A DNA stretch of 64,000 nt from Octopus vulgaris (taxonomy: Eukaryota). Below the pieces are notes generated by a model. The model had not been told where the DNA came from, searched no databases, and saw nothing but the letters and a program-made list of their open reading frames with translations. The translations under genes and the position numbers were made by a program. Below are positions 52,203 to 64,000 of the stretch, one piece after another; positions within the stretch are counted from its first letter, which is position 1, and every line of letters begins with the position of its first letter. Location: assembly GCA_951406725.2 (NCBI GenBank), contig OX597826.1:63612001-63676000 (forward strand). The letters run 5' to 3'.

Positions 52203-52595
52203 AGGCATAGGAGTGGCTGTGTGGTGAGTAGCTTGCTTACTAACCACATGGTTCCGGGTTCAGTCCCACTGCGTGACACCTTGGGCTGACCAAAGCCTTG
52301 TGAGTGGATTTGGTAGACGGAAAGTGAAAGAAGCCCATCGTATATGAGTGTGTGTGTGTATACATATATGTATATGTATGTGTGCATATGTTTGTGTGCT
52401 TGTGTACCCCCTCCCCCATATCACTTGACAACCGATGCTGGTGTGTTTACATCCCCGTAACTTAGCGCTTCGGCAAAAGAGACTGATAGAATAAGTACTA
52501 GACTTACAAAGAATAAGTCCAGGGGTCGATTTGCTCGACTAAAGGCAGTGCTCCAGCATGGCTACAGTCAAATGACTGAAACAAGTAAAAGAGTA
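52203..52595 (+). mobile_element. SINE family B, near full length
   Basis: GGCATAGGAGTGGCTGTGTGG head to GTAAAAGAGTA tail. Confidence 0.88.
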
Positions 52596-53291
52596 TTGTT
52601 TCATCTTTCACTTTTGAAGTTGACAAAGACTTCCTCCTCATAGCTACCAACATCACTTCCTAAAGAGTGTCAAATACTGGAGATCACAATTATAGAAGTA
52701 ACTGTTATTACCCTGAAGTACACACAGTGCCACCCTGTACTGTATTACCTTGTTACCCAATTTCATGTTATCTTCCTACATACTTAGAGACCTTACCTTA
52801 CAAACAAGAAAACTAAATTATTGTTTAGCTAAATAGTAATAACAAGACATGAGTCAATGAGCTTCCCAGGTGATATTTCAATACACTTCTGACTTAGTGA
52901 GTAGTAGTACTTTCAAATGAATGTACAAATGAGAGTAGCAAAGTAGTACTTTACCCTTGTTTGTTAAACCTTACATGACAGACACCACCAATTCATATTT
53001 CAAAACTTTTATGTGGATACAGCTATCATCAAAGGAAAGTGAATATTTTACAGCACTTTTCAGTAATGTGTGAGTTTAACAAATATTAGAGTTTAATATT
53101 CAAAACGAAAATACATATAAATATTACTCTTAAAAAAAAGAAGAATCTTTGTTTTTTGCTTGTTTGGCATACATATTCATGCAACCATCTCCCACCATGT
53201 TTTGTGTGTGTGTGTGTACATGTGTGTGTATACATATATGTATATACACATATATGTGTGTGTATACAGATATATATACGTGTGTATACAA

Positions 53292-53328
<37 letters not shown>

Positions 53329-53641
53329 CACATACACGTACATATATACATATATGAAGGCACATGGCTTAGTGGTTAGGGTGTTGCACTCACAATTGCA
53401 AGGTTGTGGTTTTGATTCCCAGATCAGACATTGCATTGTGTTCTTGAGCAAAACACTTCATTTCACATTGCCCTGCGATCATTTTGCCATCTGACATGTG
53501 GCACACAGTGCACCTGTACAGTGAAGGGAGTGAGCTTATGTGAACACAAACATTTGATCAGCATAAACAAATCATCTGTGTGTTTGTTCAGCAAGATATT
53601 GCCAAACCCTCATATGTCAACTAAAAATGGGAGTCCATGAT

Positions 53642-53678
<37 letters not shown>

Positions 53679-54007
53679 ATAGATACATACACAAATATAC
53701 ATACACACATATATATCTACATACACACAAATATATACACACACATATATATATACACATATTTATATATATATACACACACACATATATATATATATAC
53801 ACACACATGTGAGTGTGTGGCTTCAAATTCTGGCACAACATCAGCAACTTTAAAGGAGTGGATAAGTCGATTACATCAACTCCAATGCTCAACTGGTACT
53901 TTTTATATTAAGTCCAAATGGATGAAAAATGAAGCTGAAATCAGTGGAATGTAAAGAGCTGGAAGAAATACTACTATGCATTTTGTCCAATTATGATATG
54001 TGTGTGC

Positions 54008-54056
<49 letters not shown>

Positions 54057-55092
54057 ATTATATGTGCACATGATATTTTCTTGAGTCTATCATTATGTAT
54101 CCCACTCTTTGCAGCAGGATTCACATCATTCTGCATAGTGAAGCATACAAAGAGCAAAAGCTAAGGTTCTTGTTGTGATGTGGAGAGATGCTTATTTTCC
54201 TGCAGGTGGTAACCATGTAATTTTCAGGAAAAAACCATTACATTCAAACTCACCACCACCAACAACAACAATAACACTATCAAAGCCAATACCAGATTGC
54301 CCATTTAGTTGGGTGTTGGTTAGTCCCCATCGGTCATTATACATTTACATTAGATGTAACATTTACATCAGTGGAGCTCGACTTTCTATCGGTTTGATCT
54401 CAGTAACTACCATGCTGGCTTATTTGACCAACACCTGCCCATGTCCTCCAAAACACCTCTCTACAAAATTACATCCATTAACATATAATGATGGTGCCAT
54501 GGTGAATGATGGTCCTTTGAACCATCCAAACTCAAAATACAAAATATCAAATGCAGGTTGGAGTTTTAAACCCCTATCTACTTTCCAGCCACTTCCACCA
54601 GCTGTCATCTGCAATAACAGTGTAAGGGAAACCTCAGGAAATTTCACAAGTGTAATTCAAGAAGTTCCTTTCTTTGTTATTATGAATAATCAATGAAAAT
54701 CTGTATACTACAAACGTTTGCTTAGGATTGTAAAACAGAATAAATCACATGCTGTGGTCAACTTGAAAGAACAAGACCACAGTGCTTTGGGTATTTATGG
54801 GTTGTTTGACCCACCATATGAGGACCTATTGATTGATCTGTCATCTCTTCTATCTTCAATCTTTTTACTTGTTTCAGTCTTGGTCTACAACCATACCATA
54901 CTAAAGTATCATATCTTGAAGGATCTAGTTGAACAAATCAAACCCAAATACTTATTTTTTAAAGTCTGAAACTTATTCTGCCTTTCTTGCTGAACCACTG
55001 AGTTGCAAGGACATAAACAAACTAACACCAATAGTTAGGTGGTGGTGATGGTGGAAGACAAACATAACACAAACAAAGACACACACATTCTT

Positions 55093-55148
<56 letters not shown>

Positions 55149-55156
55149 GTATCAAA

Positions 55157-55244
55157 TAGGAAAATGAATGAAATGAAAACTAAGGAAAGCTTCTAATAAT
55201 GCAGAAAGAAGCTTTCCTTATTTCTCATTTCATTTATTTTTCTA
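55157..55244. repeat. 38-bp inverted repeat with 12-nt loop (hairpin)
   Basis: 55157-55194 versus 55207-55244: 34/38 Watson-Crick pairs. Confidence 0.9.
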
Positions 55245-55811
55245 CTGCTGTACTACAATGCTTCAAGTGAACTACAACACTTTCTATGTATGTGTGTGTG
55301 TGTGTGTATACACACAGTGGCTTCCTTTCAGTTTCTGTCTATCAAATCCATTTGTAAGGCTTTGGTTGGCCCAAAGCTATTGTAAAAGATGCTTGCACAA
55401 AGTACCACACAGTGGTACTGAACCAAAGACCATGGTTGGGAAGCAAGTTTCTCAACCACACAGCAATGCTTGTGCCTGTAATTTCAGTCAGTACTTTCCA
55501 AAATTGTTTCCAGATGTTTGTTTTTCTATACATCACATATTTTGGGGGCTACAAATAATCACAGAATTATTATCTTCAAGAACGTGGTATAATGAATAAA
55601 TGCACTGAAAATGTAAAGAAATATTCTAGAAATATAGTTGCAGGCATCGTGGCTGTGTGGTTAAAAAGCTCACTTTGCAATCACATGGTTTTGGTTTCAG
55701 TACCACTATGTGGCACCTTGGGCAAGTATCTTCTACTATAGCCATCAGCCAAAACAATAACAGTACCTCATGAATGAATTTGATAGATGGAAATTGTGTG
55801 AAAGCCCATCA

Positions 55812-55846
<35 letters not shown>

Positions 55847-56639
55847 ATGCTTGTCTCCACCACCACCATAATCATTTAACAACTGGTGTTTGTTTTCATC
55901 ACCATAACTTTGCAGTCTGGCAAAGGAGACTGATTGAATAAGTACCAGACTTAAAATTAGAACTGGAGCTGCTTTGTTCAACTAAAACCCCTTCAAGATG
56001 GTGCCCCAGTATGACCACAGTCCAATGATTGCAACAAGAAAAAAACAGAGTCACCAACAAAATTTCTCACTTTAGTACATAACACATCAAAAGAAAATAT
56101 TAAAAAAAAAAAAAAAACAGATTAATTCCAAGACGGAATAATGCAATTACTAGAGAATATCTAAACAGACCAAAGTCTTTGTTATATGAAGAAACAAATC
56201 ATTAATAGACATTTCTTCATTAAATTAGTGGCAAATAATTGAGAAGACACAAAGAACAGAGATCTTTAAGAATCAATAACAGTTCATTAATTTTCTCTGA
56301 TACAAGCTGGCAAGAAAAACTATGGAAACAAATCCCAGGTGTGATGGAATATTTATTGAAATAAATGCAAGGTATAATGGAAAGCTGATGAGAAAACAAA
56401 GCTCAGGCATATTACATAACATATGCTAGAGCAAATTAATGAAAACAGGTGTGGCTAAGGTGCAGGTGTGGTTTCGAGTTAAGAAGCTTGCTTCCCAACC
56501 ACATGGTTCTGCATTCAATCTCGTTGTGTGGCACCTTGGCCAAGTGTCTTTGCTGACCAAAATATACTGAGTGGATCTGGTAGACAGAACCTGACAGAAG
56601 CTGGTATGTAGGTGTGTGTGCATGAGTTTGTGTCTCCTA

Positions 56640-56953
56640 TTGCGTGCTCAAAAGAGCTGTTCTTCACTCCTGCTCCAGAGCGTCAGCTGCGGGGTCATTC
56701 CGAAAAGCTCTATCTGCGACGATTTCATCTCAATCGAAGGAGAGGGGCTTTCTCCGTCCGGGTTGCGGATCCATGGAATAAGCTGCTAGACGAGATGGTG
56801 AAGATGCCAACGACCGCTCGGTTCAAAGTCTCCCTTGACCTCAAGTGGCCTGAACTCTTTACATGAACACCACCCTGTACTTAACTCCATGTCCCCCTAC
56901 ATGGCCTTGCTTTTTGCTTTTTGAGTCAAAAAATTAACTAACTAACTAACTAA
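56640..56953 (+). mobile_element. CR1-clade LINE 3' end nested in a SINE
   Basis: LRGHSEKL...RRGAFSVRVADPWNKL...FKVSLD is the CR1 ORF2 C-terminal motif; (TAAC)n tail; CpG-rich. Confidence 0.85.
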
Positions 56954-57581
56954 GTGTCAAGATTAAACAGCAGTGTCCTTTGATTCCAATCTCCTGCGAA
57001 AACATGTCTGGTCATGGAGGAATATTACCTTACTTGGAAAGAGGTGGAGGTCGATGACAGGAAGAGCATTTTGGGCATAGAAAGTCTGCCTCAACAAATT
57101 CTATCCAACCTATGTAAGCAGGGCAAAATTGGACATTAAAATGATGATGTGATAACCACAGATATGGGAGGATGTACGTGATGGCACACAGGTGCAGTAA
57201 CCACCAGAATGAAGAGAGAAGATGGCTCTGCTGGTGTTGTAATCACGGATGTGAGTGAAAAGTACATGGCAGTACAAATGTAATTACCACATGTTAGACT
57301 GTAAGAAAGGGAGTTGCAGACGTGATAACCAGATAACCACAGGAGTGATAGCTACAAGTGTCATGCAAAATCCATGACATGCTGGATATTTAATGCAAAG
57401 TTTACTTCAAATGTAAAATTCTGAGTTCAAAGAGAAAATTTAATACAAGCAAACTCAAAGATGGAGTAATATGTTTAATACAATATCATCAAAGTAAAAC
57501 AAGCCACAATTTATAGAATTGATTGTTTTATAAGCACCATCACCAACCAACAAAATGATAAAGAACAAATCATCATTATCA

Positions 57582-57633
<52 letters not shown>

Positions 57634-58769
57634 CATTAAGGTGTCAAGCTTTCATCATTGTGGGGTTGATAAAAGTGCCAGTTGAGCATTGGGATTAATG
57701 TAATCAACTGGTCCCCTTCCCTCAAAAGCCTCAGACCTTAAGCCTATAGCAGAAAGAATTTATTATTATTATTATTATTATTATCAAATCTTCAATCTTA
57801 GCAACATATGTACATCATCACATTACAACACAAAAATTTTCTCAGGGATAAACCAATTAATGCTTTTGATAGCTGAACATTTTCTCAAGTCTCATACGTT
57901 AAATATGTCTCTTGAGTTTGCATTGGCGCCGTAAGCTCACAGATTAATATAGCACATACATCAGGGTTCCTATATTCATAATGCGCAGTAACCATGCTTT
58001 GTTCTTGAACAGAATACATGATTATGTAGGAAATCTGAAACTAGTCAATTTCTGAAGCGGTAACCACTCAGGCATGAGGAAGAGGATTGAAATATATGTC
58101 ATCCTCCTCTTAACATTTCCTATAATCAAGATTATTAATGACTATGGAAGAAAGATAATGGGAATGGAGATAATGCCTGATATTGTTAGAGTGATCATTT
58201 GTTGATGTTGTTACACAGTAACAGATTCCCATAGTTAATAAGATATTGGCTCGCTCTGTTGAAAGATTAAGTGTTCAAATCCTATTATTGCCATTGTTCC
58301 TGGAAGACATGCTAAACACCTGCAATCTCAAACATGGTTGATCACCTTACAGTACTGAGTCCAAATTTTTCAAATGCCAGTTAACCTAGTCATGTTGATG
58401 TATCAGATGAGTTAGAATAACAACTCAATGATGGAACTCCTATGTAGTTGTTCAACCTGACAGAAATAGCAGCCAAATCTCTCCCGAATCACACATTACT
58501 GCTTTAACCTTTTTTGACAACAACCTGTCTATGACCATCCTTGGTTCTTTGATGCAACCACCCTGTTTTAAAGGGATCTAAATAAAAATCTTCCATCAAA
58601 GTTTGATGTTAATTTATGTCCCAAACACCGGCTTAACAATTGTGTCAAAAATTTCTTCCTTATTTTACAAATTAATTGAAATGCAGAAAAGGGTTAAAAA
58701 CCAGAAAAACCACACTGGACAATGTAATTCATGATATAAAATAAAAACAATATAATTGTAGTTGTGGCC

Positions 58770-58990
58770 AAGTGTCACGTAACTGTGCCAGTGTCACGTA
58801 ACTGGCACCTGCACCAGTGGCATATAAAAGCACCCATTACACTCTTGGAGTGGTTGGCATTAGGAAGGACATCCAGCTGTAGAAACCATGCCAAATCAGA
58901 TTGGAGCCTGGTGGAGCCCTCCAGCTTACCAGTTTCAGTCAAACCATCTAACCCATGCCAGCATGGAAAACAGACGCTAAATGATGATGA
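58770..58990 (+). mobile_element. RTE 3' UTR fragment
   Basis: Same conserved tail as 30110-30293. Further copies near 13780, 33485, 44560, 49140, 59190, 59960 and 62105. Confidence 0.8.
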
Positions 58991-61900
58991 ATCAGAAATA
59001 GAATGGCTTTGATAATAAGTTTGCTTACTCTCCCCTCTAAACATAGCTCCTCTACAACAAGAATCTGATCTGTTCCACTCCCTTTTCTCATAAGATAACC
59101 CTCATTAGCTTGCATACCTCCACCTCAAGGTTTTGTAGTCTTGCGAGCTGCATGGTGACCTAATTAGTGTCACTTGCGCAAAAAAAAAAAAGCACCCAGT
59201 ACATGCTGTAAAGTGGTTGGCATTAGGAAGGGCATATGGCCATAAAAACCATGCCAAAGAAGATACTGGAGCATGATGCTGTCCTTGGACTCACTGGGAC
59301 TTGTCAAACCATCCAACTTATGCTAGCATGGAACATGGATGTTAAAGATAATGATGATGGTGGTGGTGGTGGTGGTGGTGGTGGCGAATCAAGTAGCCCT
59401 AGATCACAACAAATTCTAATACTACCAGCTCAACAACCCTAATACTACCAGCCAAAGCCTTAAGAACCACTCCTTTAATACTTGGAGATATACAATACAA
59501 GTGTCAACTCAAGACAGATGTCTGATTGATTTAGATGTTAAGTTAATGCAATATGAGTAAAAAATTTATGTTTTTGAAATTTTGCGTGTTTGAAATTTGA
59601 AATGTCAGTGAGTAACATATGTAGAACACATTACCTAGGTTGTAGTAACATCTTGTTGACTAAATAACTAAACAAATAAATAAATATTGGCTAAGTGTAA
59701 ATCAATAATAAATTAAATCAATAGGTTGTATGAAATATAGCAAACATTAGATATTTTATATATGTACTGATACACGTAAGACGTCTGCTTTCTGACCACA
59801 TGGTTTTGGATTCAGGTAAGTGTCTTCTACTATAGCCTTGGGTATACCAAAGCATTGTGAATGGATTTGGCTGATGGAAACTGAAAGAAGACTGTCATGT
59901 ATATGTCATTATCATTGATTTAATATCCACTTCGTGCTGTGCCACAAAAGAAGCATTCATGTGTTGGTGCCACATTAAAAGCACCCAGCACACACTGTAA
60001 AGTGATTGGTATTAGGAAGGGCAACCAGCTGTAGAAACCATGCCAAATCAGACTGGAACTTGGTGCAGCTCTCCAACTTGCCAGCTCTAGCCAAACTGTC
60101 CAACCCATACAAGTATGGAAAATGGACATTAAAGGAGGAAGATTTCTCAGGCTTGCAGAAGTTGGATAGAATTTGCTGAAACAGATTTTCTATGGCTGGA
60201 TGCCTTTCCTGCCATCAACCCTTGCCTATTTCGAAGTAAAGTAATATTTTCCTATGGCCAGTCACGTTTACATGGAAGATTGGAGACAGATGACTCCATT
60301 TGCATGACAGTGACACTAGTCTATAACTATCACATTGTCAAGGCAAGGAGACCATAAAACACACAAACACATACACAATTATGTGTGTGCATACAATGGA
60401 TTTCTTTCAGTCACCATCTACCAAATCCACTCACAAGGCTTTGATCAGCTCAGGGCTAGAGTGGAAGACAACTTCCCCAGGTTCCACACAATGGCATATG
60501 ATTGGAAAGCAAATTGCATTGCACACAACCATGCCTACACACATATATATATGCACAAAATAGATGCTGCCCTCAGTGATGAACTATACAACATTGTGTT
60601 TATCTATCTAAGAGCTAGGGGAGTTCACCTGAGCATCTTGGTTGCACACATAGAAACAATAGTACCAATGAAGGAAGCTATAATTAACACAATACTTGCT
60701 TGGTATTTTCTCAACCCTGGAGGTGATCAGATGCAAAACCAGCCATAATACTGATTTCAAATTCTGGCACAAGGCCAGAAAGTTCAAGGGAAGGGGTAAG
60801 TTGATTGCATTAACCGCAGTCAATGTAATCAACTTATTTCATTGACCCCGAAAGGATGAAAGGAATGCTGACCTCAGCAGAATTTGAACTCAGAACATAA
60901 AGACTGATGAAATACCACTAAATACTTTGCTTAGTATACTAACAATTCTGCCAGTTCACTGTCTTAAAAAGTCAACCATAACATTGCAAACTGTGACTAT
61001 AAAGAGACAGAACTCAACCATCCACAGTCTACTAGGCAGAAAGATAGGTATATCTATCTCAGAATATGATACTACTCACTCATAACTTTTCATGTAAAGA
61101 AAGAACTTCAAGTCAGCTTTCATCAGTTCTAGAGTGTTGGTGTTGTTTACAGTGATGAATTATACCACATAGCTGTTAATTACATTGAGCAAAGTGGGCT
61201 CACCTAAGCATCATAAACATACACAAACCATAGTATCAATGAGAGAAACTATAGTAAATTATATCAACACCAATACTTGCTAGCTTCTCATTTTCTCAAC
61301 CTTGAAAAGGATGAAATGCAAAGCCAACCATAATAGCATCAACTCGGGAGAGAGGGAGAGAGAAAGTTTAATGCTACAAGACATTATCCGTTGCACTCCA
61401 CTGTTTCTGCTTTCCACCACTTACATAATTCTTTGAATATTATTTAGCAAAAATAAATCCTGACTTAATTTATGAGAACGGGTTTTTCGTATATCTCAGT
61501 ATATTCTAAATTAAAGAGGAAATATGTTGCCATTAAAGCAAATGCTTGAAGCCTATAAACATAGTGATATCATTAATGTAGAATAAAGAACATTCTCTCT
61601 TCATCTTATATTGACATATTATATACAAACTGTCAAATTAAAAAAAGGAAAAAAAAACTTCGGTAAATCCTATGCAGCAACAATTCAGACCAGTGCTTGC
61701 CATTTTTCTCCTTTTACCACATTTAATGGAATGAGAGAATAAAGATTTGGTTAATGCGTTGTTGCGTTTATATGAAGTATAATGGCTACACATATATGAA
61801 TACATAGGCACATAAAGATACACATGCACATAGGTACATACACACACACATGCACCCACCCTCCACAAACAGTGTGTGTAGTGTGTATGTGGCAAGTGTA

Positions 61901-62179
61901 TGTGTGCTGGTGGAGTGGAAAGGGTTAGTTTAGAAGGAGATTTATTAAGTGTGTGCCAAGTGAGATTGGATATAAATAAGGAAGCTTTCTCTCTGGAGAT
62001 ACTGTTCACATAAGCATCATGGTTAAAGTGTGGTGGAAAGGGGACTCTGCAAAATTGGTAGGGATTCTTTCTTGGTAAGGGACCAAAATAACTGGTTGCA
62101 ATGTAACGCCAACCACTCCGAGAGTGTAGTGGGTGCTTTTACGTGCCACCGGCACGAGGGCCAGTCAGGTGGTACTGGC

Positions 62180-62396
62180 AGAATCGTTAGCACATCAGGC
62201 GAAATGCTTACTGGTATTTCGTCTACCGCTACGTTCTGAGTTCAAATTCCGCTGAGGTCGACTTTGCCTTTCATCCTTTCGGGATTTATAAATTGAGTAC
62301 CAGTTATGCACTGGGGTCAATGTAATCGACTTAATACCTACGTCTGTCCTTGTTTGTCCCCTCTATGTTTAGCCCCTTGTGGGTAATAAAGAAATA
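62180..62396 (+). mobile_element. SINE family A inserted in an RTE 3' UTR
   Basis: 9-bp TSD GGTACTGGC (62171-62179, 62397-62405); the 5' end is joined through CTGGC microhomology. Confidence 0.9.
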
Positions 62397-62572
62397 GGTA
62401 CTGGCTACAGCCACGCTCAAATGGTGCTTTTCATGTGCCACCTGCACAGGAGCCAGTCCAGCAGCACTGGTAACGACCTCGCTCAAATGTTTTTTCATGT
62501 GCCACCAGTACAAGTGCCAGTAAGGCGACGCAGCTAACGATCATGCTCAAATGGTGCTTAAGCATTACATTT

Positions 62573-62910
62573 ACTCGCCTCCTTATGAGAGCTCAAAATC
62601 TCTCGTGGAAGCGACATCCAACCAAAATGCAAATATATGGGAAACTACCACCTGTGTCATCTCTTGTGAAAGGTAAGAGAGTCCAGTTTGCTGGACATTG
62701 TTGTAGAGCTGAAAAAGAGGTAATTTCTACTCTCCTCCTCTGGAAGCCATCTACTCGCAATGCCAGAGGGCACACACTCTCCTACCCTGATGTAATCTCC
62801 AGGGATACAGGCATCCAGCAACAGGACCTCCGTAATGCCATGATGGACCGTGAAGTCTGGCGTAGCATGGTAAATTCCATTGACTCGACCACGGTCGAAC
62901 AATGATGATG
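62573..62910 (+). mobile_element. 5'-truncated RTE-clade LINE, young insertion
   Basis: Open frame TRLLMRAQNLSWKRHPT...RVQFAGHCCRA...LLWKP...AMMDREVWRSMV...*; (TGA)n tail; 9-bp TSD ATTACATTT (62564-62572, 62911-62919). Confidence 0.88.
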
Positions 62911-64000
62911 ATTACATTTGATAGAGTAATCTGAATACTAAAGGGTTAAATATTTTTCCAGTTTATTAAATTATTTAAAATCAGTTTTGGTTGTTTTAAT
63001 TTTTTTTTTTAAATAGGCAACCAGAAAGCACAGATAACTTGTAGAAGTACAAAGTGTATAAGTAAATGCTTGATAAAAAAAAAATTATTTCAATGGAAAC
63101 TTCAATTATATGAGACACTACTGCACACAAAGATTATTACTCTCTCTCTCTCTCACACACACACACATTTATATATGTTGATGTGAGGGTACTTGGAAAG
63201 TGAAGGATGTTGAGCAGGAGAAATTTACATGTACGTTTCTTGTTACAAAAAAATAGACACAGGTAAAACCAAAGAAATTCCAAATAAGTTGGAGGCAATT
63301 ATAGAAGCCTTTCGTATACGTTTTAATTCTAACAGTGCCAGAATTTCAACAGATGACATGTAAATGTAGGAAACAGAGTTGAAATAGTTTCTGCTGGGGG
63401 AGGGGGGGAGAGGCAGCAAAAAAAAAAAAAGAGTAATAGCCAGGAATGGCTGTGTGGTTAAGAAGTTTGCTTTGCAGTCATATGATTTTGGGTTCAGTCC
63501 CACTGTGTGGAACCTTTGGTTAGGTTTCTTCAATAGCTCTGAGCTGACCAATGCCTTAGATGGAAACTGTGCATAAACTCATCATATATGTGCATGTCTG
63601 TGTGTGACTGTGTCCTTGTGTTTGTCCCCCACCACCACCACCACCACCACCACTTGACAACTAGTGATGGTTTGTTTACATCCAAATTTGTTTACCTCTC
63701 CATAACCTAGCTGTTCAGCAAGAGTTTGATAAAAAAAAAAAAGGACTGAGGTTCATTTGACTAAACCCTTCAAGGTGGTGCCCCAGCACCACTACAGTCA
63801 AATGATTGAAACAGAAAGTGAGATCACAAATATCTTTGATGTATAGTAAGTCAAGAAATTTTAAATAATTGAAATTATACGTTTAGTAAAGAGAACATCA
63901 TCATCACTGTTTTACGTCTACTCTCCAAGTATCACCAAGGTCAGAGTCAGCATGTATTTAGGGGCACCACTCATCCAGAAAGGTCAGAAGACCACATATT

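Noticed and set aside
54370-54425. SGARLSIGLISVTTMLAY resembling a Cys-loop receptor M2 helix
   Set aside because: No flanking M1/M3 helices or Cys-loop; likely coincidence.
61658-61703. AAAATGG start giving MASTGLNCCCIGFTE as an alternative N-terminus
   Set aside because: Followed by GTTTTT, a very poor donor, and there is no homology support.

Overview
Eukaryotic, AT-rich, microsatellite- and transposon-dense DNA. The SINE/LINE families strongly suggest an Octopus (coleoid cephalopod) genome; this is inferred from recognising the repeats, not from a search. The only host gene I can support is a minus-strand myotubularin-related phosphatase of the MTMR6/7/8 group. Two PH-GRAM-coding exons are visible (32109-31993, 117 nt; 8754-8592, 163 nt), separated by a ~23.2-kb intron. 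No convincing first coding exon or next downstream exon lies in the window. The rest is probably intronic: tRNA-derived SINEs, 5'-truncated RTE, CR1 and Tx1/L1-like LINE ends, mariner/Tigger/piggyBac-type DNA elements and MITEs, Helitron/Helentron elements and simple repeats. Most ORFs in the supplied track are microsatellite artefacts. Best leads: (1) a well-formed type I hammerhead ribozyme on the pre-mRNA strand (4584-4662), plus a decayed second one; (2) a genomic Tyr codon (TAC) at a conserved Cys that one A-to-I edit would restore; (3) a 163-bp, 2-mismatch inverted templated copy that forms an intronic dsRNA stem; (4) an 88-nt pre-miRNA-like hairpin; (5) a SINE subfamily whose tail matches a Tx1/L1-like LINE 3' end.
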